A stretch of DNA of 64,000 nucleotides from Gammaproteobacteria bacterium (lineage in GTDB: Bacteria; Pseudomonadota; Gammaproteobacteria; Steroidobacterales; Steroidobacteraceae): the NCBI GenBank assembly GCA_031364365.1, contig JANLWE010000034.1:49869-113868 (forward strand). The letters run 5' to 3'. The notes under the pieces are model-generated. The model had not been told where the DNA came from and ran no database searches. It saw only the letters and a list, made by a program, of their open reading frames with translations. This document shows, one piece after another, positions 17,488 through 25,103 of the stretch (position 1 is the stretch's first letter; every line of letters begins with the position of its first letter). Position numbers and translations under genes: made by a program.

Positions 17488-17847
17488 GGCTGATGGCAGG
17501 TTTGCCTGGCGGCTAATCGCAAAAGGAACACCCGCGCCGCCAGAGCGCCGCGGTGCCGCGGGACGGCTGATCAGTTCCGGGTCTGATCGAAGGTAAGGCC
17601 AGGGACAGGAATTTCAAAGCGCGGCGATCGCGCTCGGGAAGTACCCGAGCCAGATCCACACGTGGGTTCAGCGGCGGAGCGGTGCAGCTCCCCTGGAACG
17701 ACGGCGCTCGTAGATTCAGTACGACGCCATCTATTTTCAAGAAAGGGCGCCCCGCAACGTCGAGGCAGTCGTCGATTGCGCGTCGGACCTGATATTGCAG
17801 GCATCGCTACCCCGTGCTACACATGGCGAATTACTACTCCTACCAGT

Positions 17848-19596
17848 TTGCGCGCGGCCTTCGGCGCACTGATCCTGACCACGGCGTTGGGCAGTGCGGT
17901 TCGTGCTGAGGACGATGGCCAATGGACTCGTCCCGGCAAGGATCTCGGCGCCACCCGCTATAGCGGCCTCGCCGAGATCACGGCAGCAAACGTGGGACGG
18001 CTGCGCCCAACCTGGACTTTCTCTACTGGGGTGCTGGGCGGCCACGAAGGGCAACCCCTGGTAGTGGATGGAACCCTTTATGTTGTGACTCCGTATCCCA
18101 ACGTCCTTTATGCGTTCGACCTTCGAGAAGAGGACTACCCGCTTCGGTTCAAATACCGTCCTGACGTGAACCCCGCCGCGGTGGGCGTGGCCTGTTGCGA
18201 CGCGGTGAACCGCGGCGCCGTGTACGCCGAGGGAAAGATCGTCTACAACCTGCTGGACGGTCACACCGTCGCGGTGAACGCCGAGACCGGCCGCGAAATG
18301 TGGAAGTCCAAAGTCGCGGATCTTGCGGCCGGCGAGACAATCACCATGGCGCCGCTGGTCGTCGGCGATCGGGTGCTGGTCGGCCCCTCGGGCGGTGAGT
18401 ACGGAATCCACGGCTGGCTCAAGGCACTGGACCTCAAGACTGGCAAGGTCGTATGGACGGCTCGCAACATAGGTCCGGACAGCGAGGTGCTGGCGACACC
18501 GGGCACGTTCAAGCCTTTCTACGACAAAGGGTCCGACCTCGCGCTCAGCAGCTGGTCCGACGACTCGTGGCAGCACGGCGGGGCGCCGGTCTGGGGCTGG
18601 CTGTCGTACGACCCCGCACTGGATCTGGTCTATTACGGCACCGGCAACCCCGGGCCCTACAATTCCGAGCAACGCTTCGGCGACAACAAGTGGAGCGCCA
18701 GCGTCCTGGCACGTCGGCCGAGCGACGGCCAGCTGATTTGGGCCTATCAGTTCACGCCTCACGACAACTGGGACTACGACGCCAACGCAGAGAACATCCT
18801 CGCAGAACTGACAATCGGTGATCGTCGTCGCAGCGTGTTGGTGCACTTCGACAAGAATGGCTTTGCCTATACCCTCGATCGGGCCACGGGCGAGCTGCTG
18901 GTCGCCAAGCCGTACGTGGAGGTCAACTGGGCCAAGCGAGTCGACCTCGCGACCGGTCGACCGGTGGTGGATCCCACCAAGCTCACCGGCAAGTCGCGCG
19001 GGATGGTGCAGAACATCTGTCCCAATCTGGAGGGCGGCAAGAGCCCGGCATCGCCGGCCTCGTACTCGCCCAGGACCGGGCTCTTTTACGTATCGACAAA
19101 CAACCTCTGCATGGACTGGCAGTCGGACGATTCCGCGTATATCGCTGGCACGCCCTTTGTCAGTGCCAACATCCCCTACACCGCTGGTCCCGGCGGGCAT
19201 CTTGGAGCGTTCATCGCCTGGGATGCGACCACGGGGCGGCGCGTATGGGAGATCAAGGAGAAATTCCCGGTGTGGAGCGGCAGCGTCGTGACGGCCGGCG
19301 ACGTCACCTTTTACGGCACTCTCGACGGTTGGTTCAAGGCGGCTGACGCGCGGACTGGCCAGTCGCTCTGGAAGTTCAAAGTCGGCTCCGGCGTGGTCGG
19401 AGCGCCGATCACGTATCGCGGCCCGGACGGCAAACAATACGTGGCCGTTTACGCCGGCATTGGCGGCGACTGGTTCCTGATAGCGGGCGACGTGCGATCG
19501 GACGACCCGGCAGACGTGAGGCCTCCTTCAGATTTTGCGCCCGATCTGGCGCGATACACGAGCCGCGGTGGCATGCTGTGGATCTTCGCGCTGTAA
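17848..19596 (+). CDS. xoxF: PQQ-dependent methanol/alcohol dehydrogenase, XoxF-like (lanthanide-type signature)
   Basis: The MDH-family sequence shows the vicinal Cys pair VACCDAVNRG (18193-18198) and PHDNWDYDANAEN. That is D-Y-D (18772-18780) where Ca-type MxaF has D-Y-A. The start is uncertain: TTG 17848 gives the signal peptide (M)RAAFGALILTTALGSAVRA. Confidence 0.8.
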   Translation: MRAAFGALILTTALGSAVRAEDDGQWTRPGKDLGATRYSGLAEITAANVGRLRPTWTFSTGVLGGHEGQPLVVDGTLYVVTPYPNVLYAFDLREEDYPLRFKYRPDVNPAAVGVACCDAVNRGAVYAEGKIVYNLLDGHTVAVNAETGREMWKSKVADLAAGETITMAPLVVGDRVLVGPSGGEYGIHGWLKALDLKTGKVVWTARNIGPDSEVLATPGTFKPFYDKGSDLALSSWSDDSWQHGGAPVWGWLSYDPALDLVYYGTGNPGPYNSEQRFGDNKWSASVLARRPSDGQLIWAYQFTPHDNWDYDANAENILAELTIGDRRRSVLVHFDKNGFAYTLDRATGELLVAKPYVEVNWAKRVDLATGRPVVDPTKLTGKSRGMVQNICPNLEGGKSPASPASYSPRTGLFYVSTNNLCMDWQSDDSAYIAGTPFVSANIPYTAGPGGHLGAFIAWDATTGRRVWEIKEKFPVWSGSVVTAGDVTFYGTLDGWFKAADARTGQSLWKFKVGSGVVGAPITYRGPDGKQYVAVYAGIGGDWFLIAGDVRSDDPADVRPPSDFAPDLARYTSRGGMLWIFAL

Positions 19597-20054
19597 AGCC
19601 CGTCCTGTCGGCGGCCTTGCTCGCGCTTGCCTCATGCGACGGGTCCGGGCCGGCCGTTTCGGAGGCCGGCAAGTCAGCACGAAACACGCCGGCGTCCGTG
19701 CGCTACGATCAGTACGGTTCTGCCGGCAACCTCGCGCCCCCGGCCGAGTCCCTCGTCAATCCGCTCAATGCAGACCCGGGCGCGGCCCAGGAAGGCAAAG
19801 CGCTTTTCGGCGCAATGAACTGCGACGGCTGCCATGGCGCGGGCGCGGTTGGCTTCGTGGGTCCGAGCCTGGTAGACGGGCGCTGGCGGTATGGGGGCAC
19901 CGACGGGGCGCTGTTCCATTCGATCTTTTACGGCCGGCCTCACGGCATGCCGGCGTACGGCGGCATACTCTCCGACACCACGGTCTGGCAGTTGGTGACC
20001 TACGTCCGATCCCAGCCGGTGCCTGGCGTCGTGCCGACCGTAGCCTGGCCTTAG
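19578..20054 (+). CDS. mono-haem c-type cytochrome, predicted lipoprotein
   Basis: CDGCH haem motif (19821-19835), a downstream GMPAYGG Met ligand region and lipobox LALASC. The GTG start overlaps the xoxF 3' end by 19 nt. Confidence 0.75.
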   Translation: MDLRAVKPVLSAALLALASCDGSGPAVSEAGKSARNTPASVRYDQYGSAGNLAPPAESLVNPLNADPGAAQEGKALFGAMNCDGCHGAGAVGFVGPSLVDGRWRYGGTDGALFHSIFYGRPHGMPAYGGILSDTTVWQLVTYVRSQPVPGVVPTVAWP

Positions 20055-20107
20055 GAAGTTACACAAAAATCAGATAAAGCGTTGATGGCGATCCCGGCTG
20101 CGCACCA

Positions 20108-20212
20108 GCCCTTGCGGCTGCGAGTCCAACTCGCTGCGGCTGCGATTTCGACTCGCTCCCTGACTGCGCCGCGCTTGCGGACTTACAAGGTGCCCTCTTG
20201 TACGTACTATCC
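20108..20212 (+). repeat. repeat family copy B (right module with its own left extension)
   Basis: It shares GCCCTTGCG(G/A)CTGCG and the identical terminal 19-mer CCTCTTGTACGTACTATCC with copy D. It shares TT(T/C)CGACTCGCTCCCTGACT(G/A)CGCCGCGCTTGCG with copy A. It contains TTACAA-16nt-TACTAT. Confidence 0.75.
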
Positions 20213-20221
20213 CCGCTCACG

Positions 20222-20554
20222 GTCGAATTGCGTACCGACACCGTCAGTACCGGCATTGCCGGGCGTGACATCGAACTGCGCGGCGAGGCGTTTTTCGATG
20301 CCGGGAAGTTTCCGCATGCAAGTTTTTCCAGCACGAAGATAGCGGCGCGCGCCAACGAGACTTTTGCGCTCCAGGGAACGTTGACGATCCATGGTGTCGC
20401 CAGATCAATTGAAACGAGTACCCGACTGCTCAAGCAGCGATCAGAAGAGGGTTGGGTGATCGCGCTGAAAACCACGTTCGATATCGATCGCGATGATTTT
20501 GGTATTTCCTGGCGGCACCCGGTTGAGTCGTTTGTGGGTGACCAGGTGCGCAAG
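20222..20554 (+). pseudogene. YceI-like protein fragment lacking signal peptide and N-terminal strands
   Basis: ...VELRTDTVSTGIAGRDIELRGEAFFDAGKFPHASFSSTKI...GTLTIHGVARSIE...FDIDRDDFGISW matches the central and C-terminal YceI pattern. The homology starts 10 nt after repeat copy B. Confidence 0.6.
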
Positions 20555-20563
20555 CCAGGCATG

Positions 20564-20798
20564 CTACAACCGCGCCTGATCACCACCACCAACGATTCCG
20601 CGGTAGCCGCCGAGGTAAGCGACGAATGTGAGCCAACCGTGCTGCCGGTGCACGCAGTACATCGCGAAGGACTCCAGGATCGCGTCGGAGCGTGTCAGGG
20701 TCCACTGTCGTCATCGCACAGCGGCCGCGACGCGAGTCCAGCCGGACGATGGCATCACCAATGTGCAGCGCGCTCCCTGGCCTGGTGAACTCGTCCAT
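20564..20798 (-). pseudogene. MOSC-domain protein fragment, 5'-truncated and frameshifted
   Basis: ORF 20580..20798 gives ...GSALHIGDAIVRLDSRRGRCAMTTVDPDTLRRDPGVLRDVL, a MOSC core with the conserved Cys. A second frame continues ...FVAYLGGYRGIVGGGDQARL-stop (TAG at 20566-20564). The fragment abuts repeat copy C. Confidence 0.55.
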
Positions 20799-20808
20799 GC
20801 CGTTGATA

Positions 20809-20877
20809 CCGCCACGATGCCGTCGTCTTCTTAGTCGAATTTTGTGACCAGGCGGCCGGGATCACGCTCTACTCGAG
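20809..20877 (+). repeat. repeat family copy C (left module, internally deleted right part)
   Basis: CCGCCACGATGCCGTCGTCTTCTTAGTCGAATTTTGTGACCAGGCGGCCGGG...CTCGAG, compared with copy A at 14366-14490. Confidence 0.75.
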
Positions 20878-20890
20878 CGCGATCGTTGCG

Positions 20891-22435
20891 TCAGAGTTTC
20901 GCCGGCGGTGCATCAATCCTGGTGGTCACCGCGTGCGAAGCCAGCGTGCCGATGTGATGCCGGCCCTTGGCCGCGTACCACAACAGCCCGGCGCCGAGAA
21001 TAACGGCGATGTAGACGAACGCGCCCCAGGTGTTGTACCAGGGCGCGCCGTAAACGGCCTCGCGCGGCCAGGCGAGGTTCAGCGCCATGCCGGCGCCCCA
21101 CACGACCGCGACGACATTGACGAACATTCCCCACCTGCCCATGGTGAAGTAGCCGCCGACCCCGAGATCCGCGGGGGGCCACTGCCCCTGCAGGCGCTTC
21201 TTCAGCATCGGGCCGGTCACCATCAGGTAGGCCACGTAGATCATGATGATCGCAATCGAGGTCAGCACCGTGAAGATCTTCGGCTGCCCGATGTTGACGA
21301 CCAGGATGAGCGCGGCAATCACGCCGATCATGACGGCAGGAACGATCGGCGTCTGCGTCTTCGGATTCACGCGCGCGAGCCACTCTCCGAATGGCAGCGC
21401 ATTGTCGCGCGCCATGGCGAAGGTCAGGCGGATGGCTGCGGTGTGCACCGCCAGCGAGCACACCGTCACCGCGACCGCGATGCAGACCAGGAAGATCTTG
21501 CCGAGCGGGCCCCACATCACCTGCTCGACGATGTATTGCAGGCCGCCGCTGCTGCTGCCGATCATCGGATCCTTCAGATCGGGCGCCGACATGACCGCGA
21601 ACACCAGGATGGCGCCACCGATGACGAACGACGCCAGTATCGCCCGCAGGATGGCCCGCGGCGCAGTACGCCGGGGCTCCAGGGTCTCCTCGCCCAGTGA
21701 ACTGGCGGTGTCGAAGCCGTACATCACGTATCCGGAGGCCAGTGTCGCTATCAGGAAGGCGCCCAGAAAGCCCCCGCTCTGGCCGGCGCCGTAGCCGTTA
21801 GTGGAGAAGAACACCGCGGGGCCGCGCGTCGCGTGCAGCGCCAGGATGATCGCGATGAGACAGGCGGCGATCAGCTCGATGAAGACACCCGCGCTGTTGA
21901 TCATCGCCATCAGCCGCACGCCGAGCGCATTGACGACGGTGGTGAACAGGATCAGGACCGTGCCGAGGACCACTGCGTTGGTGGCGAAATCGTAGGGTCC
22001 CTTGCCGTCGCCGATGATCTGGAAGCCGCTCCACAGCCGCGGCAGGTTGAGTTGCAGCGCCAGCACCACGGCAGACAGGGTGACGATCGACGCGGTCAGC
22101 ATCAGCCAGCCCGACGACCAGCCCACGAAGCGGCTGCCCAGCTGCTTGGACCAGTTGTAGACCGATCCCGCGATGGGGTACTTGGCGGCCAGCTCCATGA
22201 AGCACAGCGCCACCGCCAGCTGACCGATGAGCACCAGCGGCCAGGACCACAGGTAGGCGGGTCCCGCGGTGCCGAAGCCGAAGTAGAACAGCTGGAAGGT
22301 GCCGGTGAGTATCGAGATATAGCTGACGCCGGCGGCGAAGCTGCCGAATGCGCCGATGCTGCGGTCGAGAGACTGCTTGTAGCCGAAGTGCTCCATGCCG
22401 CTGTCGGCGCGTTCGGTAGTCTCGTTCCTGAGCAT
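20891..22435 (-). CDS. APC-family amino acid/polyamine permease
   Basis: 12-TM-type protein with ...SFAAGVSYISILTG...YPIAGSVYNWSKQLG.... ATG 22435 is preceded by GGAGG. An alternative ATG lies at 22450. Confidence 0.85.
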   Translation of the reverse strand: MLRNETTERADSGMEHFGYKQSLDRSIGAFGSFAAGVSYISILTGTFQLFYFGFGTAGPAYLWSWPLVLIGQLAVALCFMELAAKYPIAGSVYNWSKQLGSRFVGWSSGWLMLTASIVTLSAVVLALQLNLPRLWSGFQIIGDGKGPYDFATNAVVLGTVLILFTTVVNALGVRLMAMINSAGVFIELIAACLIAIILALHATRGPAVFFSTNGYGAGQSGGFLGAFLIATLASGYVMYGFDTASSLGEETLEPRRTAPRAILRAILASFVIGGAILVFAVMSAPDLKDPMIGSSSGGLQYIVEQVMWGPLGKIFLVCIAVAVTVCSLAVHTAAIRLTFAMARDNALPFGEWLARVNPKTQTPIVPAVMIGVIAALILVVNIGQPKIFTVLTSIAIIMIYVAYLMVTGPMLKKRLQGQWPPADLGVGGYFTMGRWGMFVNVVAVVWGAGMALNLAWPREAVYGAPWYNTWGAFVYIAVILGAGLLWYAAKGRHHIGTLASHAVTTRIDAPPAKL

Positions 22436-22499
22436 GCCTTTGACCTCCATGATTGTAGCGGGCGACCGGCACCAGCCTCTTCAGCAGCGGATCACCCTT

Positions 22500-22521
22500 A
22501 ATGTAGTAGGGAATGTAGTAG
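22500..22521. repeat. 10-bp direct repeat AATGTAGTAG x2 (2-nt spacer) upstream of the permease gene
   Basis: Read directly from the sequence. It lies in an unusually AT-rich patch for this window. Confidence 0.6.
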
Positions 22522-22545
22522 AGATTGATGTCCTTACTCACCCCC

Positions 22546-22629
22546 GCCCTTGCGACTGCGGTTCTGTTTCGCCCGCCGACTGCGCCTCGTTTGCGCGGCG
22601 TACATGGAAGCCTCTTGTACGTACTATCC
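22546..22629 (+). repeat. repeat family copy D
   Basis: See copy B. The 19-mer at 22611-22629 is identical to the one at 20194-20212. Confidence 0.75.
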
Positions 22630-22640
22630 TCAAGATCAAA

Positions 22641-23447
22641 TCAGTCAAACAATGACCTCGAGGCCTCGAAGTGCGTGTCTGCAACTCCGTCCAGGCCAGG
22701 GCGGGGCCGCATGTAGCTGAAGTACGCCACCCAACGCTCCTGCTCGCTGGCGTTGGCGAGGCCTCGGTGCAAAATCCTGTCGTCGAAGATCAGGCAATCC
22801 CCCGCCGACATCGCCTGCACGGCGGGCTGCACCGCCGCTGCGTCCTCATGCTGCTCGGCGCGGTCCAGGGTGGCTGGCGTAACCTCCGTCTCCGACTGAT
22901 ATAGCAGGCTGTCCCGGTCCAGCCACGGCCTCGCCAGATGATTGGTCTTCAGGTGCGTGCCACGCGCCACTTCGGTCGGGCCGGCCGCGAGCGGGATATC
23001 CGCCAGCGCCAGCAGCACATTCACCGCATGCGCCGGCCGAATTTCCGCCGCCTCGTGAGGAGAATCGATGTGCCAGTGCTGCGCGGGCGAACCTGGACGT
23101 GAGAACACGACCCCGCAGAACGACGGCTTCGCTTCAGGTCCCAGCGTCGCCCGGACCAGCCCGAACCAAGGCACCTCCGGCGCAATGGAGCCTTGCGCGC
23201 CCCAAATCCGCATCAGGTCCCGTTCGCTCATGGGGACGTCAAACCTGCCAGGCGACCGCTGGACAAGTTCGTAGTACCCATTCCTGCTGCCAATACCGAT
23301 CGGCCTGGTGCCGAGTGCTCCCATCACGCGCGCTGCTCGCGCGCGCATCACATCATTGATCGTGCGAAGAAGCGCCGCAGTGACGAGGCCAGGCGCCAGT
23401 GCGACACCGTCTGCCGCGAACTGCCGGGGGCAAAGTGGCATGGTCAT
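22641..23447 (-). CDS. phytanoyl-CoA dioxygenase (PhyH) family Fe(II)/2-oxoglutarate oxygenase
   Basis: QHWHIDSPH (HxD), a distal His/Arg region ...GDCLIFDDRILHRG, 268 aa. Confidence 0.75.
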   Translation of the reverse strand: MTMPLCPRQFAADGVALAPGLVTAALLRTINDVMRARAARVMGALGTRPIGIGSRNGYYELVQRSPGRFDVPMSERDLMRIWGAQGSIAPEVPWFGLVRATLGPEAKPSFCGVVFSRPGSPAQHWHIDSPHEAAEIRPAHAVNVLLALADIPLAAGPTEVARGTHLKTNHLARPWLDRDSLLYQSETEVTPATLDRAEQHEDAAAVQPAVQAMSAGDCLIFDDRILHRGLANASEQERWVAYFSYMRPRPGLDGVADTHFEASRSLFD

Positions 23448-23523
23448 GCGTGGATTATATTCCGCATTGCAACGGCTCTGTTCCGACTCTAAAGTCCGCT
23501 TTCACCGTGCTGGAGTCACCGCC

Positions 23524-24270
23524 ATGATTGTCGCTCCGCCATCCGAAGCCCAAGCCCGCACGGATCTGGCCGCGGCGTTTCGCTGGGTGGCGCGTCTGAA
23601 CTGGCATGAGTCGATCGTCAACCATTGCAGTGTTGTCGTCTCGGAGGACCGGTGCAAATTCCTGCTGAATCCGAACGGGCGGCATTTTTCGCGCATCCGT
23701 GCCAGTGAATTGCTGTTGCTGGACGCGCGCAATGCCTCCTCGGTCGAAGGCCCTGACGCACCGGATCCCACTGCCTGGCATCTGCACGGGCAACTCCACC
23801 AGCATCTGCCACGCGCGCGCTGCATCCTGCACACACATATGCCGCACGCAACGGCGCTGTGTTGTATCAAGGGCTTTGAATTCCTGATGCTGGATCAGAA
23901 CGCCTGTCGCTACCATCAACGCATTGCCTACGACCGCAACTTCGACGGCATGGCGCTCAACCCGTCAGAAGGCGCGCGCGTGGCCGGTCTGCTTGGCGAG
24001 GACAAGAGCGTGCTGATGATGGGCAATCACGGTGTGCTGGTGATAGGCGCTTCGGTAGCCGAAGCGTTTGACGACCTGTATTACCTGGAGTGCGCCGCCA
24101 AGGTGCAGATTCTGGCGCTGTCCACCGGGCGTGCGCCGGCGTTGATACCGGAGGCCATCGCGGCCAAGACCTGCGCGCAATGGTTCTCTTACCCGAGCGA
24201 ATTGGCCAGACTGCACTTCGATGCATTGAAGCAAATTCTGGACGAGGAAGAACCGAGCTATCGGCAATAA
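23524..24270 (+). CDS. class II aldolase/adducin-family protein
   Basis: The start ATG 23524 lies inside ORF 23308..24270. The sequence reads ...HLHGQLHQHLPRARCILHTHMPHATAL...MMGNHGVLVIGASVAEAFDDLYYLE. Confidence 0.8.
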   Translation: MIVAPPSEAQARTDLAAAFRWVARLNWHESIVNHCSVVVSEDRCKFLLNPNGRHFSRIRASELLLLDARNASSVEGPDAPDPTAWHLHGQLHQHLPRARCILHTHMPHATALCCIKGFEFLMLDQNACRYHQRIAYDRNFDGMALNPSEGARVAGLLGEDKSVLMMGNHGVLVIGASVAEAFDDLYYLECAAKVQILALSTGRAPALIPEAIAAKTCAQWFSYPSELARLHFDALKQILDEEEPSYRQ

Positions 24271-24334
24271 CGGCGACCATCCGGGCAGCGGGTCGGCAAC
24301 GCCGCAGTGGCTCAAGGCAAGACGCTCCGAGCGC

Positions 24335-25081
24335 CTACCACATGCCGCCGAGAGCCACAGTAATCGCTTCGCCGTTCACGCCCCCGGCAGCGTCGCTGCA
24401 CAGGAACGCGATCACCTGCGCGACCTCGCGCGGATCCAGAACACGGTTCTGCGGGTAGATGGCGGCGCGCTCGCGCCACACCTGCTCGACGCTGATGCCA
24501 CGCCGTTCGGCTTCCGTCTTCGCCGAGCGCTCGGCCATTGCCGTTCGCACCCAGCCAGGCAGCACTGCGTTTGATGTGACTCCGAACGGCCCGGCGTCCT
24601 GGGCGACCGCACGTGCCAGTCCGATCACTCCATGCTTGGAGGCGGTGTACGCGCTGCCCGATCGTTCCGCTTTCTCGCCGGCGGTCGAACTGGTGAATAC
24701 CAGCCGGCCGAAGCCGCGCTTGCACATGCCGCCTACCGTCAGACGCGAAAGCTCGAACGGACCGTCGAGGTTGATGCGCATCGTCTCGCGCCAGACTTCG
24801 GGATCCTGCTCCCACACCAGCCGCTCGTGGGCTGAGCCGATACCGTGGTTGACGACCAGCACATCGATCGGCCCCAGTCGTCGCTCGGTCTCGGCAACGG
24901 CCAGGGCGCAACCCTCGGCGGTGCCGAGGTCCGCTACAACGTATTCGAGGCCAACGGCCGCCAGTTCCGTCGCGCTGCGCGACACAACCATCACGCGGGC
25001 TCCCGCTGCCGACAGCAGCAGCGCCGCCTCGCGTCCGATCCCCCGGCCGCCGCCCGTGACCAGCGCCACACGTCCGTTCAT
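24335..25081 (-). CDS. short-chain dehydrogenase/reductase (SDR)
   Basis: VALVTGGGRGIGRE Rossmann motif and the YTASKHG catalytic motif. Confidence 0.9.
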   Translation of the reverse strand: MNGRVALVTGGGRGIGREAALLLSAAGARVMVVSRSATELAAVGLEYVVADLGTAEGCALAVAETERRLGPIDVLVVNHGIGSAHERLVWEQDPEVWRETMRINLDGPFELSRLTVGGMCKRGFGRLVFTSSTAGEKAERSGSAYTASKHGVIGLARAVAQDAGPFGVTSNAVLPGWVRTAMAERSAKTEAERRGISVEQVWRERAAIYPQNRVLDPREVAQVIAFLCSDAAGGVNGEAITVALGGMW

Positions 25082-25103
25082 CGCTCAGCTCTCGTATTCG
25101 TGT

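Noticed and set aside
17662-17847. GTG 17662 as the xoxF start, which would add a 62-aa N-terminal extension.
   Set aside because: The extension is Arg/Ser-rich and lies in front of an otherwise typical signal peptide, so a periplasmic PQQ enzyme would not be exported. TTG 17848 or a 1-nt frameshift at ATG 17823 fits better.
21798-22541. ORF beginning MSKDINLYYIPYYIKGDPLLKRL... upstream of and overlapping the permease.
   Set aside because: It runs out of frame through the permease coding sequence. Only its first ~25 codons lie in intergenic DNA, and those are the AT-rich direct-repeat patch.
14366-22629. The idea that the repeat family (copies A-D) represents integron attC sites separating gene cassettes.
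   Set aside because: No intI-type tyrosine recombinase is in the window. I could not find the RYYYAAC/GTTRRRY core pairs. Dyad symmetry is weak, and the enclosed genes have mixed orientations. I kept it only as an unclassified repeat family.
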